DNA of 64,000 bases from Candidatus Omnitrophota bacterium (GCA_029571225.1 JAKPTF010000061.1:3051-67050), one strand, 5' to 3'; positions 44,062-52,706 are shown, counted from the stretch's first letter. A program made the numbers and translations. Notes: generated by a model from the sequence alone, not told the origin.

Positions 44062-44868
44062 TTAACCGACCTTGATTTTCTTCAGGCCTGCCTTGCCTTC
44101 TTTTGACAGAACGTCAAGGACCTCAACGATCTTCTTTCCGTAGGCAATGGACGATTCGACCGATGTGCCGGTGACAAACGGCCAGTCGAACGCAACGCGC
44201 GGGTTCTCGCGGGTCGCTTTCTCTTCGGCAATGCATGTGCCGTTCGGGCCCACTGCGTCCCTGACGATATGCTCGAGCGGCCAGAGGAATCCGGGCGTAT
44301 GAACATCAGTGCCTTTATTATCGGCAGACGCGCCGTACAGGTCATAGGTAAAGTCCCAGTCCGGGCCGTAGAAATCCCATGACGCAGGATGTGCGGTGAT
44401 CTTTTTCCCGTAAATGACGCTGTTCTTTGTCTTGGGATCGCGGCAATACACGAGCGTTGCCACTGAATAGCACAAAGCGCCGACAAGCTTGTCCTGCGCG
44501 ATCGCGTCAAGAATCAACTTGTGGACGTTGTAGTTATTGCACATATCGATCATGGCGCCAAGCCCGCCGGTCAACACAAGCGCATCGAAGTTCTTCATGT
44601 TCGCGTCTTTGAACTTGATGGGATTGGCCCATTCATTGCCGTCGGTAAGCTCCTTGATCCTCTTGCACACATCCGGCGGATTGGTATTGCATTTGATGAT
44701 CGGATCAAAAAAGTTCGGGTCGCAGCTCACCGCCAACGGCAGGGGTTTCTTCCCGAACCATGTGGTCAGCGTCACGTCGTGGCCTGCTTTCTTGATAATA
44801 TCCCACGGCGCCTGCAGTTCCTCCCCCCATGTGCCGTAGTTAGTCGCACATATCAACACCTTTGCCAT
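44062..44868 (-). CDS. Type-1 glutamine-amidotransferase-like (DJ-1/PfpI superfamily) protein
   Basis: 268 aa. MAKVLICATNYGTWGEE...FDALVLTGGLGAMID...VGALCYSVATL (Cys elbow). Confidence 0.65.
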   Translation of the reverse strand: MAKVLICATNYGTWGEELQAPWDIIKKAGHDVTLTTWFGKKPLPLAVSCDPNFFDPIIKCNTNPPDVCKRIKELTDGNEWANPIKFKDANMKNFDALVLTGGLGAMIDMCNNYNVHKLILDAIAQDKLVGALCYSVATLVYCRDPKTKNSVIYGKKITAHPASWDFYGPDWDFTYDLYGASADNKGTDVHTPGFLWPLEHIVRDAVGPNGTCIAEEKATRENPRVAFDWPFVTGTSVESSIAYGKKIVEVLDVLSKEGKAGLKKIKVG

Positions 44869-44923
44869 TCTTTCCTCCTTGTTTACGCCGCCGCGCCTCT
44901 CTCACGGGCCGGGCGGCCCAGTG

Positions 44924-45292
44924 TTATTTTTTCGCCTTTATCCGCTTTCCCGCATTGCCTCCCCTGGACATCCACGGGAAATCCTTCTTGACCGGGGTGA
45001 ACAGATCGATCGCCTCGGTCTGCCCGACAGCAACGAACTCATGCCACACATTGCCGGGAATAAAATACGCATCGCCTGCCTTCAACAGGGCTTTTTTGCC
45101 GCCGATGTTCATCCTGAACCCGCCCTTGATCACGTATCCGAACTGCTCCTGCTTGTGCTTATGCCATTTCACCACGCTTTTATTCGCCATATCCCAATGC
45201 TGGGCATTCAACTTCTTGCCCTCGCCCAGATACTGGCGGATAACGCCTCCTCCCATGTCGAACTTGTCGAGCTTTTTTCTGAATACGTACAT
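44924..45292 (-). CDS. Cupin-domain protein
   Basis: 122 aa. WHKHKQEQFGYVIKGGFRMNIGGKKALLKAGDAYFIPGNVWHEF (cupin motifs 1 and 2). Confidence 0.75.
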   Translation of the reverse strand: MYVFRKKLDKFDMGGGVIRQYLGEGKKLNAQHWDMANKSVVKWHKHKQEQFGYVIKGGFRMNIGGKKALLKAGDAYFIPGNVWHEFVAVGQTEAIDLFTPVKKDFPWMSRGGNAGKRIKAKK

Positions 45293-45304
45293 CGAACCTC
45301 CTTC

Positions 45305-45595
45305 CTATTTCACTCCTTCGACGCAGAATACATCCGCTGATGCTGCACGCACGCGCAATTGCTTCGCTTGCTTATAATCCGAGGAATTCCACCAATCCCG
45401 CGCCTGCTGCATATCCTGAAATTCAAGAACGATGACTCGTCTGGGCTGCGGATCGCCTTCCCACACTTCCGTTTTGCCGCCGCGCACAAGGGGTTTGCCG
45501 CCATGCGCAAGAATCGTCGGAGCGCCCGCTTTCATATACTTGGCGTACTGTTCCTGATCCTTCACATCGACATTGATGATAACGTATGCTGACAT
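45305..45595 (-). CDS. DUF1330-family protein
   Basis: 96 aa. MSAYVIINVDVKDQEQYAKYMKAGAPTILAHGGKPLVRGG...VIVLEFQDMQQARDWWNSSDYKQ. Confidence 0.75.
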   Translation of the reverse strand: MSAYVIINVDVKDQEQYAKYMKAGAPTILAHGGKPLVRGGKTEVWEGDPQPRRVIVLEFQDMQQARDWWNSSDYKQAKQLRVRAASADVFCVEGVK

Positions 45596-45610
45596 TGACT
45601 TATCCTAACC

Positions 45611-45640
45611 GGATGCCGCGGTCTGTTTCGAGCGGCATCC
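45611..45640. repeat. Intergenic hairpin (9-bp perfect stem, 12-nt loop, no U-tract)
   Basis: GGATGCCGC ggtctgtttcga GCGGCATCC. Confidence 0.8.
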
Positions 45641-45658
45641 GCAGCCCGAGCAGCACGA

Positions 45659-46225
45659 TCAGCTCTTGTCGATCAACTCAATGATCTTCTTCGCGAACAC
45701 GTTGCAATGGCCGCCGCTGCGCGCCGTGACCAGGTCCCCGTCCACAACGACATCCTCGTTCACATAGACCGCGCCCATGTTCCTGGCGTCGCCCAGAAGA
45801 TTATTGTGCACGACGACCTTCCTGCCTTTGACCAATTCGGGCGCAGGAGCGATCAGCCACATGCCGTGGCAGATGATACCCTTAATGATATTCTTTTGAG
45901 CGAACGCCCGCTTCATGAACTCGGTGGCCGGCGGCAGTTTCGTAACGTCTTCGGTATAACGGAGGCGGTCAGCCACCATGCCCGCAGGCACGATGATCGC
46001 GGCAAAACTCTTCAGCTGCGCGTCATCCATGTTCTCGAAGCTTTCATGACACTCCATGGGAATCTGATATTCATGGCCTTTGAATGTAAGCGACGCGCAA
46101 CCCCAGAGCCTCGTTAAAAAATGCACGTCCATGCCTTCTTCGGCAAAACGGAGCTTGTAATACCATATTTCCGGTTCGTAATAGTCCCCCTCTAATAAAA
46201 TCCCGATCTTCGCGCCTTTACGCAT
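45659..46225 (-). CDS. DJ-1/PfpI-family protein
   Basis: 188 aa. AAIIVPAGMVADRLRY...IKGIICHGMWLIAPA (Cys-His elbow). Confidence 0.8.
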   Translation of the reverse strand: MRKGAKIGILLEGDYYEPEIWYYKLRFAEEGMDVHFLTRLWGCASLTFKGHEYQIPMECHESFENMDDAQLKSFAAIIVPAGMVADRLRYTEDVTKLPPATEFMKRAFAQKNIIKGIICHGMWLIAPAPELVKGRKVVVHNNLLGDARNMGAVYVNEDVVVDGDLVTARSGGHCNVFAKKIIELIDKS

Positions 46226-46239
46226 GTGACCTCCGTGAC

Positions 46240-47793
46240 TTATCCCTTGCCTTTATACCGCAGAGCCAGCATCGTGATATCGTCGGATTGCTGCGCGCCC
46301 CGGACAAAATCGAACACGTCCTGGCGGATGTTTTTGACAAGCCCCGGGACATCCTGATCCTTGTGTCCGCTCAAGGCCTCCCGGAGCCTTTTCTCGCCAA
46401 ATTGCTGTTTGTCCGGGTCCATGGCCTCGGTCACGCCGTCTGTATAGAGAAAAATCGTATCACCGGGTTTGAGGACCAGGCGCTCGCTTGCGCATTTGAT
46501 GTTGTCCATGACCCCAACCACGAACCCGCATGCCATTTTCATGAAATTATAGCAGCCCGAAATGTCGCATACGAGCGGAGGATTATGGCCGGCGTTGGTG
46601 AACTCAAGTTCCCCGGTCTCAAGGTCCAGTATGGCGCAGAACACCGTGACAAAAAGGCATGTCTGGTTATCCGGAACAAGAATCGCGTTCACCTGCGAGA
46701 TGACCTCGTCGGTCGAGAAATGCTCCCTGGCCTCGGTCTTAATCAATGTCTTGCTGATCGCCATGAACAACGCGGCAGGCACGCCCTTTCCTGATACGTC
46801 GCCGATGACAATACACAGATGCGTATCATCGACAAAAAAGAAATCGTAAAAATCCCCGCCGACCTCTTTTGCAGGGTCCATCATGGCAAAGATCTCAAAC
46901 TCCTTGCGCTCGGGGAATACCGTCGGCAGCATGCTCGCCTGGATCTCCTGGGCGATGCGCAGTTCGCTTTCGATGCGCTCGCGCGCCGCGGTCTCGGCCT
47001 TGAGGTTCTCGATGAACCGCTTGATGGAGAGCTGTATGAGGTCGATCGCCATGGCAGGGTCTTTGCCGAAGAAATTTATCACCTCGTCCTTTCCCATGGT
47101 ATAGACCTCTACGTCCTCCTCGCAGACAGCCGAGGCCGTCCTCTCCTTAAAAGGCGAGAAGATACCCATTTCTCCGATCACATCTCCCTGTGCAACGATC
47201 TTATCTATCTCCGGAAGACGGATCGAGCCTTTGGCGATATAGAACATGCGGTCGGCCTTATCGCCTGCTTTGAACAAACGGTCCCCTTTCCTGTATGTCT
47301 CCAGTTTCATGAAAGAGATCGGCCACCGGCACGATATCCCCGCTTTCTGGGCTGATGCCTGTACCGCGGAATGCAGGTCCCTGGGGCTGCAGGTATTGTA
47401 TTTGACAAGCGTCAGGACGTTCTTGTTCCCGTCGCGCTTATAGGTGACCTCGTCCATGATCTTCTTCATCATGAATATGCCCAGCCCCCCGATATTGCGT
47501 TCCTCGATCGGCTTGTGGATATCCGGCTCCGGCAATGACAGCGGGTCAAAGGGGATGCCGGAGTCGATCAGCGTGATCTCAAGATACGAATTGCTGTTCA
47601 GATACGTGATCTCCAGGTCCCCCTGTCTGCCGGGATAGGCGTAATTGATCACGTTGACAAGGGCCTCTTCGCAGGCGAGCTGAATCTTATCGATGTGTTC
47701 CTTGACAAAACCCTGGCGGGCCGCGCCTTCCCTGATAAAGGCGAACATTTTTTCAAGGTTTTCCAGCTTGGCAGGCAGGACTAAACGTTCCAT
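46240..47793 (-). CDS. Tri-domain partner-switching enzyme: RsbW/SpoIIAB-type kinase + cNMP-binding domain + SpoIIE/PP2C phosphatase
   Basis: 517 aa. aa 1-133: KIQLACEEALVNVINYAY...DSGIPFDP...GGLGIFMMKKIMDEV. aa ~150-262: FKAGDKADRMFYIAKG...GDVIGEMGIF...RTASAVC. aa ~275-517: ELRIAQEIQASMLP...EVGGDFYDFF...IGDVSGKGVPAALFMA...TDGVTEA. Confidence 0.85.
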   Translation of the reverse strand: MERLVLPAKLENLEKMFAFIREGAARQGFVKEHIDKIQLACEEALVNVINYAYPGRQGDLEITYLNSNSYLEITLIDSGIPFDPLSLPEPDIHKPIEERNIGGLGIFMMKKIMDEVTYKRDGNKNVLTLVKYNTCSPRDLHSAVQASAQKAGISCRWPISFMKLETYRKGDRLFKAGDKADRMFYIAKGSIRLPEIDKIVAQGDVIGEMGIFSPFKERTASAVCEEDVEVYTMGKDEVINFFGKDPAMAIDLIQLSIKRFIENLKAETAARERIESELRIAQEIQASMLPTVFPERKEFEIFAMMDPAKEVGGDFYDFFFVDDTHLCIVIGDVSGKGVPAALFMAISKTLIKTEAREHFSTDEVISQVNAILVPDNQTCLFVTVFCAILDLETGELEFTNAGHNPPLVCDISGCYNFMKMACGFVVGVMDNIKCASERLVLKPGDTIFLYTDGVTEAMDPDKQQFGEKRLREALSGHKDQDVPGLVKNIRQDVFDFVRGAQQSDDITMLALRYKGKG

Positions 47794-47810
47794 GAAGGAT
47801 GATTCCCGTT

Positions 47811-48131
47811 CTATTTCGTATACGTATCGACCACGGCCATGAAGTTATCAAGGCCGGACATCTTGATGACGTTGAGAACGGCGTCGCGCGGGGCGACAAG
47901 CAGGATCTTCGCGTCCGCGCCGATCTTCTGTTTGGCAAAGATGATAACCCGTAATCCGGCGCTTGAGATATACTCCAGGTCTCGAGCCAGGAATACGAGT
48001 TCCGCTATCTTCTGCCCGATAAATTTCTTCAGTTCTGTCTGAAGGCCTTCTGCATTGGTCGCATCCAGCCGGCCGCACAACTCGACCTTGAGTATCTCAT
48101 TGGCACAGGTACAGGTATATTTCGATTCCAT
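47811..48131 (-). CDS. STAS-domain anti-sigma-factor antagonist (SpoIIAA/RsbV-like)
   Basis: 106 aa. GRLDATNAEGLQTELKKFI...LVFLARDLEYISSAGLRVIIFA...LLVAPRDAVLNVIKMSGLDNF. Confidence 0.85.
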   Translation of the reverse strand: MESKYTCTCANEILKVELCGRLDATNAEGLQTELKKFIGQKIAELVFLARDLEYISSAGLRVIIFAKQKIGADAKILLVAPRDAVLNVIKMSGLDNFMAVVDTYTK

Positions 48132-48165
48132 GTAAATTGTCTCCTTTGTTAATGGCTGCCTTGTC

Positions 48166-50301
48166 TTATTTGGATTCCTTGCCGACCAGGATGACGACTG
48201 ACCGGGGGCCGACTAAAAATTCGTTCTGGTTCTCGATCCTGACTTCTTTGCCAGGCTCCCAGATATCGAAGGGAGGCTGGGCATCCGTATTGGCGAACAC
48301 ATACCACTGCATATGATGGTTGAGCTTCGGAAGCTCAAAACCGTGCATTTCCCAGTGCATATTCATCGCCACATATATGGAATTATCGTCGACCGTTCCG
48401 CCTTTGGCATGCATGCCGCAAAGCAAAAACGCCAGCATCCTGCTCTCTGCAGACCAATCGACGTTCCATGCCTTCTGACCGTGCCAGGTGATATCCGCAA
48501 AGCCGGATCCCATGTAATCGCGGTTCTTGAAATGGCCGCTCGAGCGCAAAACAGGATGCGCCTTGCGGAACGCGATCATTTTTTTAAAGAAATTGAAAAG
48601 CTCTCTATTCTTATCCAGCTGCGACCAGTCGATCCAGGATATCTCATTGTCCTGGCAATATGCGTTGTTATTGCCCCATTGGGTATTTGCCATTTCGTCG
48701 CCCGCAAGGATCATGGGCGTTCCCTGGCTGACCAGAAGCATCGCGACCGCGTTCTTCATCTGCTTCATGCGCAGCTTGTTGACCGCCGGATCAGTCGATT
48801 CGCCTTCCCAGCCGCAGTTCCAGCTGTAATTGTCATTCGAGCCGTCGGAATTGTTTTCGCCGTTGGCCTCATTGTGCTTGCCGTTATACGAAACCATGTC
48901 GTAAAGCGTGAAACCGTCGTGCGCGGTTATGAAATTGATAGACGCAGTTGCGCCCCTGCCTTCCCAGGAATACAGGTCAGGGGAACCCTGGAGCCTCTGC
49001 GCCATACCGCCAAGGCTTCCGGGCTCGCCTTTGAGGAATTTGCGCAGATCATCACGGTATTTCCCGTTCCATTCAGCCCAGCGGCCCCAGGCGGGGAAAC
49101 TTCCGACCTGGTAGAGCCCGCCCGCGTCCCACGCCTCGGCAATAAGCTTGCATTTGCCCAGGATCGGGTCGAACGCGAGAGTTTCCAGAAGCGGCGGCGA
49201 GTGCATGGGAGCGCCGTTCTGGTCGCGGCCGAGAATGGAGGCAAGATCAAACCTGAACCCGTCCACGTGATAATCCGCTGCCCAGTAGCGTAAACAATCG
49301 AGGATCATGTTGCGCACAATAGGATTATTGCAGTTGAGCGTATTGCCGCAGCCTGAAAAATTGAAATAATACCCGTCGGGCGTAAGCAAATAATAGGTTT
49401 TATTGTCAATGCCCCTGTAGGAAATATACGGCCCCTTTTCATTCCCTTCGGCGGTATGGTTGAACACGACGTCCAGGATGACCTCAATGCCGTTCTTATG
49501 AAGCTCCTTGATCAGGGTTTTGCACTCGTCAACCTGCATGCCAAACTTTCCTGTTGCTGCAAAGCCTGCCTTGGGAGCGAAAAACCCGACGTTCGAATAT
49601 CCCCAGTAATTCATGAGCATTTTGCCTGTTGTGGGCGACACGCGGGAGTTCTCGAACTCGTCGAATTCGTGTATGGGCATCAGCTCCACGCAGCTGACGC
49701 CGAGTTCCTTCAAATAAGGTATTTTTTCCTTGATGCCCGCGAACGTGCCGGGATGTTTGACGCCCGATGATGGATGCCTGGTAAAACCCCGCACGTGCAT
49801 CTCGTAAATAACCAGGTCCTCGATCGGAGTCTCGAGCGGATGGTCGCTCTCCCAGTCAAAATCGTCGAAACAGATGCGGGCGCGGTGCTGGTATATGTCG
49901 TTCCAGTCGGGAGTCTTGCCCCACACGTCCCTGCCGCCGATGGCCTTTGCATACGGGTCCATGAGGACTTTTGTCTTATCAAACCGGTGGCCCTGGCGCG
50001 GATCGAACGGCCCGTCCATATAAAAGCCATATTCAAGGTTCTCGTAATCGAGGTCGAAGACGACCATGGTGAACACGTTGCCGATGCGGAATTCGTCCTT
50101 GAACGGTATCACGCAGAAGGGTTTTTGTTCATGTTTGTTGAAAAGCACGAGTTTACACGATGTCGCATAACGGGAATATATCGAGAAATTGACGCCGCCG
50201 GGCACAATGCTTGCGCCAAACGGCAGGGGCTTACCAACCCGCAGATGGTATTTGCCGTCCTCGCTCACATGTGTGGGATGCAGGTCAACGCGCAGCATCA
50301 T
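48166..50301 (-). CDS. glgX: Glycogen debranching enzyme GlgX (isoamylase, GH13)
   Basis: 711 aa. CBM48-like N-terminus, GH13 motifs DVVFNHTAEG, GFRFDLASILGRD, LIAEAWD, FITAHDGF. ATGA overlap with the upstream STAS stop at 50298-50301. Confidence 0.9.
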   Translation of the reverse strand: MMLRVDLHPTHVSEDGKYHLRVGKPLPFGASIVPGGVNFSIYSRYATSCKLVLFNKHEQKPFCVIPFKDEFRIGNVFTMVVFDLDYENLEYGFYMDGPFDPRQGHRFDKTKVLMDPYAKAIGGRDVWGKTPDWNDIYQHRARICFDDFDWESDHPLETPIEDLVIYEMHVRGFTRHPSSGVKHPGTFAGIKEKIPYLKELGVSCVELMPIHEFDEFENSRVSPTTGKMLMNYWGYSNVGFFAPKAGFAATGKFGMQVDECKTLIKELHKNGIEVILDVVFNHTAEGNEKGPYISYRGIDNKTYYLLTPDGYYFNFSGCGNTLNCNNPIVRNMILDCLRYWAADYHVDGFRFDLASILGRDQNGAPMHSPPLLETLAFDPILGKCKLIAEAWDAGGLYQVGSFPAWGRWAEWNGKYRDDLRKFLKGEPGSLGGMAQRLQGSPDLYSWEGRGATASINFITAHDGFTLYDMVSYNGKHNEANGENNSDGSNDNYSWNCGWEGESTDPAVNKLRMKQMKNAVAMLLVSQGTPMILAGDEMANTQWGNNNAYCQDNEISWIDWSQLDKNRELFNFFKKMIAFRKAHPVLRSSGHFKNRDYMGSGFADITWHGQKAWNVDWSAESRMLAFLLCGMHAKGGTVDDNSIYVAMNMHWEMHGFELPKLNHHMQWYVFANTDAQPPFDIWEPGKEVRIENQNEFLVGPRSVVILVGKESK

Positions 50302-50645
50302 GCGCCCCCTTTACGGACCGCCGCAACAGCGGCACTGATGTCGGGAAAAGATTTGAAGAAATTAGAAAAACCTGTCATCTCCATGACATCCTTGATCTCG
50401 TCGCATACGCCGCTCAAGACGAGTATCCCGCCCTGGCTGTTTAATTGTTTTGCAGCCATGAGCAGAAGCCTCAGGCCTGCGCTTGAAACATACCCGCAAC
50501 CCTTCAGATCGAGCACAAGCGACTTCGTGTCCGCTGATAAAAGCGGCATTATCTTTTCCTGCGCTTCGTTGACCGTATTGCCGTCTAGATTGCCGGACAA
50601 GGCGACAACCGTCACGCCGTCCTGTTTGCTCGTCTGGATGTCCAT
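50298..50645 (-). CDS. STAS-domain anti-sigma-factor antagonist
   Basis: 115 aa. VVALSGNLDGNTVNEAQEKI...LVLDLKGCGYVSSAGLRLLLMA...LVLSGVCDEIKDVMEMTGFSNFF. Confidence 0.85.
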   Translation of the reverse strand: MDIQTSKQDGVTVVALSGNLDGNTVNEAQEKIMPLLSADTKSLVLDLKGCGYVSSAGLRLLLMAAKQLNSQGGILVLSGVCDEIKDVMEMTGFSNFFKSFPDISAAVAAVRKGGA

Positions 50646-50655
50646 GCGGTCTCCT

Positions 50656-52476
50656 TTACGCTGTCGGAACGATTCTGACCTTGATCTTCGGCCGGTAATT
50701 GACGTTGGGGATGCTCACGGTCAGATTCTTGGCATCAAAATTCTTCCACGGGTTGCCGTCCACCCACACATCGGAGATGCGAATGCTGCCCGGAGGCAAA
50801 ATATCCGGCTCGACCCGCAGGACATCACCCGGAAATCCCTGCGGCATTGGCTTGAAATAAAGGTCAAGCGGCTGTTTCGCATAGAGAAGGTTCTGATATA
50901 TCTGTGCCAGATAGCACAGTTCGATTGAATGGTAACAGGCCATTGAATGGCTGCCCTTCAGCCGTTCGGTGCCCAGCAAAAACGGCAGACCGTTGTTGAG
51001 CACGTTGAAATACACCGCGCCGTCGTCGTGATCGAGATAGAACGCATTATAGAATGCCGCTGATTCGCGCGCCAGGCGCAGGTATTCGGAATCCTTGAGC
51101 ACACCATACATAATCTCGTAGGCGAGTATCGCCTGTTCCTGCTGCCACCATGCCTTGCGGTCATGCCACACATGGCGGTAACATTGTTCGCCCGGAGCAA
51201 GTTCCCGCTCCATGACGTCATACCAGCCGCCGCGCTGAACGTCCATGCCGACGGTCGGCATGATCCTGGCGATCTTCCTGGAAAAATCGACATATTTAGA
51301 CTTTGGTACAAGGCTATTGATGCGTGTCAGGTTCCATGCAATCTTGAGGTTATGGCCGATAACACCCCTGTTCTGCTGCCATCCCCATGTCTTGTCATGG
51401 CTCCAATCCTCGTGGAATTTCTCCTGCACGAACGGGCTGTGCTCGTAATCCTGGAAATGATCCGTGATACAGTCTGCTGTATACTCCAGGAAATCTTTAT
51501 ATTTAGGGTCTCCGGTCGCAAGCCACAGGTTGATCAGGTATGCAGGCGCATGGTCGCCGACCGAGTTCCAATTCTTGCGCGCCCGGTTGCGTCCCAAAGA
51601 TTCAGCGCGCGGGTCGAGCTTGATCGGGTCGATATGCGAGAAATACCCGCCTTTTTCCTTATCGAGGAAGAACCGGTCGAAGAGATCGATCGTCATTTTG
51701 ATATCTTTCATGATCGCAGGGTCCCCGGAAATGCGGTATGTCTGCGTCGGGCCTGCGAGCGCGTATATCTGCTCGTACGCCGGGATCGCGTCATAATCGT
51801 CGCCAAACTCGGACGCGAACACTTTGTGTTCCCGGCCGTGCTTGATGTCTATGCCGTGATACCAATAGACCACATTCTCATCCGTATCGTAGAACCTCAT
51901 ATGGTCGCGCAAATACTGGACGCCTTTTTCAGCCGTATTGAGAAACCGGTCCTCGCCGGTCAAAAGGAACGCCGATGCCATTCCATAGATCATACGGGAA
52001 ATGGTATCGGTCTCCTGCCGGTGATCGGGTTTACGCTCTCCGGTCAAGGAGATATTGGTGCGGTAATTCGTATAGTCGATGGTATCAGGCGAGCCGAATT
52101 CTGCTTTGATGTAAAAATCCGCAATGTTGGAGGCCTGTTTGACCCACCAATCAGCCTCTTCAAAGCGGTATTTGCCAATCCCCTCTCCGGGGAAAATAAG
52201 CACTTTGGCGTCGAAATCATACCGGTCTTTTTCAGGATAAAATATGCCCAGGACGAACAGATATTGTCCCGGGACCATCAAACTGTCGATCTTTCCCGTG
52301 TAATCGCACCATCCCTCGCCCAGATTACGCGGGCCCTTGGCGTACGCGGTGCCGGTCATGCGGCCAGAATATTCTCTGCCATCGGTGGTTTTGAGGGTAA
52401 ATGATTTTTTAGCACGGTCATAACTTATTACGTATCCTGCGATTGTATCAGAGAACTCAAAGTTCACCCTGTTCAT
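50656..52476 (-). CDS. AGE-family (N-acylglucosamine 2-epimerase / cellobiose-2-epimerase-like, six-hairpin) protein with N-terminal extra domain
   Basis: ORF 50656..52623 trimmed to MNRVNFEF (ATG 52476-52474), which has SD AAGGGGTGG directly upstream. The longer form would read through a terminator hairpin. ISRMIYGMASAFLLTGEDRFLNTAEKGVQYLRDH..., WNSVGDHAPAYL and GHNLKIAWNL are AGE-like. Confidence 0.6.
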   Translation of the reverse strand: MNRVNFEFSDTIAGYVISYDRAKKSFTLKTTDGREYSGRMTGTAYAKGPRNLGEGWCDYTGKIDSLMVPGQYLFVLGIFYPEKDRYDFDAKVLIFPGEGIGKYRFEEADWWVKQASNIADFYIKAEFGSPDTIDYTNYRTNISLTGERKPDHRQETDTISRMIYGMASAFLLTGEDRFLNTAEKGVQYLRDHMRFYDTDENVVYWYHGIDIKHGREHKVFASEFGDDYDAIPAYEQIYALAGPTQTYRISGDPAIMKDIKMTIDLFDRFFLDKEKGGYFSHIDPIKLDPRAESLGRNRARKNWNSVGDHAPAYLINLWLATGDPKYKDFLEYTADCITDHFQDYEHSPFVQEKFHEDWSHDKTWGWQQNRGVIGHNLKIAWNLTRINSLVPKSKYVDFSRKIARIMPTVGMDVQRGGWYDVMERELAPGEQCYRHVWHDRKAWWQQEQAILAYEIMYGVLKDSEYLRLARESAAFYNAFYLDHDDGAVYFNVLNNGLPFLLGTERLKGSHSMACYHSIELCYLAQIYQNLLYAKQPLDLYFKPMPQGFPGDVLRVEPDILPPGSIRISDVWVDGNPWKNFDAKNLTVSIPNVNYRPKIKVRIVPTA

Positions 52477-52533
52477 GTCCACCCCTTGGTTTGTGAGATT
52501 GGCAACCGGATTGAATATCGCCTGGTGCAGCTT

Positions 52534-52566
52534 AAAAAAAAAGCCAAGGCACGAATGCCTTAGCTT
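52534..52566 (-). terminator. Rho-independent terminator after the signalling operon
   Basis: Minus strand: GCTAAGGCA-TTCG-TGCCTTGGC (one A.C mismatch) followed by T9. Confidence 0.8.
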
Positions 52567-52664
52567 GATGAAACTACTTTCTTCGGATAAACGTTTTTGC
52601 GGCCGACCCCATAAAAACTCCATCCGGATAACCTATGATTCTCTAACTGTAGAATAACGAAGTT

Positions 52665-52692
52665 ATTATAGCATTTCTTTGCAATAATACAA
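52665..52692 (-). promoter_or_regulatory. sigma70-type promoter with extended -10 (TTGTAT-N16-TGcTATAAT)
   Basis: Minus strand: CTTGTATTATTGCAAAGAAATGCTATAAT. It lies between the STAS stop (52707) and the 52534-52566 terminator. Confidence 0.5.
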
Positions 52693-52706
52693 GCGGAAAT
52701 ATTGAT

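Noticed and set aside
48313-52404. Three long plus-strand ORFs (326, 384 and 413 aa) opposite glgX, STAS and the AGE-like gene
   Set aside because: All lie antisense to genes with clear GH13, STAS or AGE motifs. One spans two minus-strand genes. Their compositions are R/H/D/G-rich.
52477-52623. 49-codon N-terminal extension of the AGE-like ORF (track start 52623)
   Set aside because: There is no SD before ATG 52623, and the extension would be encoded through a strong terminator hairpin plus T9. ATG 52476 has SD AAGGGGTGG. It is retained only as a possible leader ORF in a finding.
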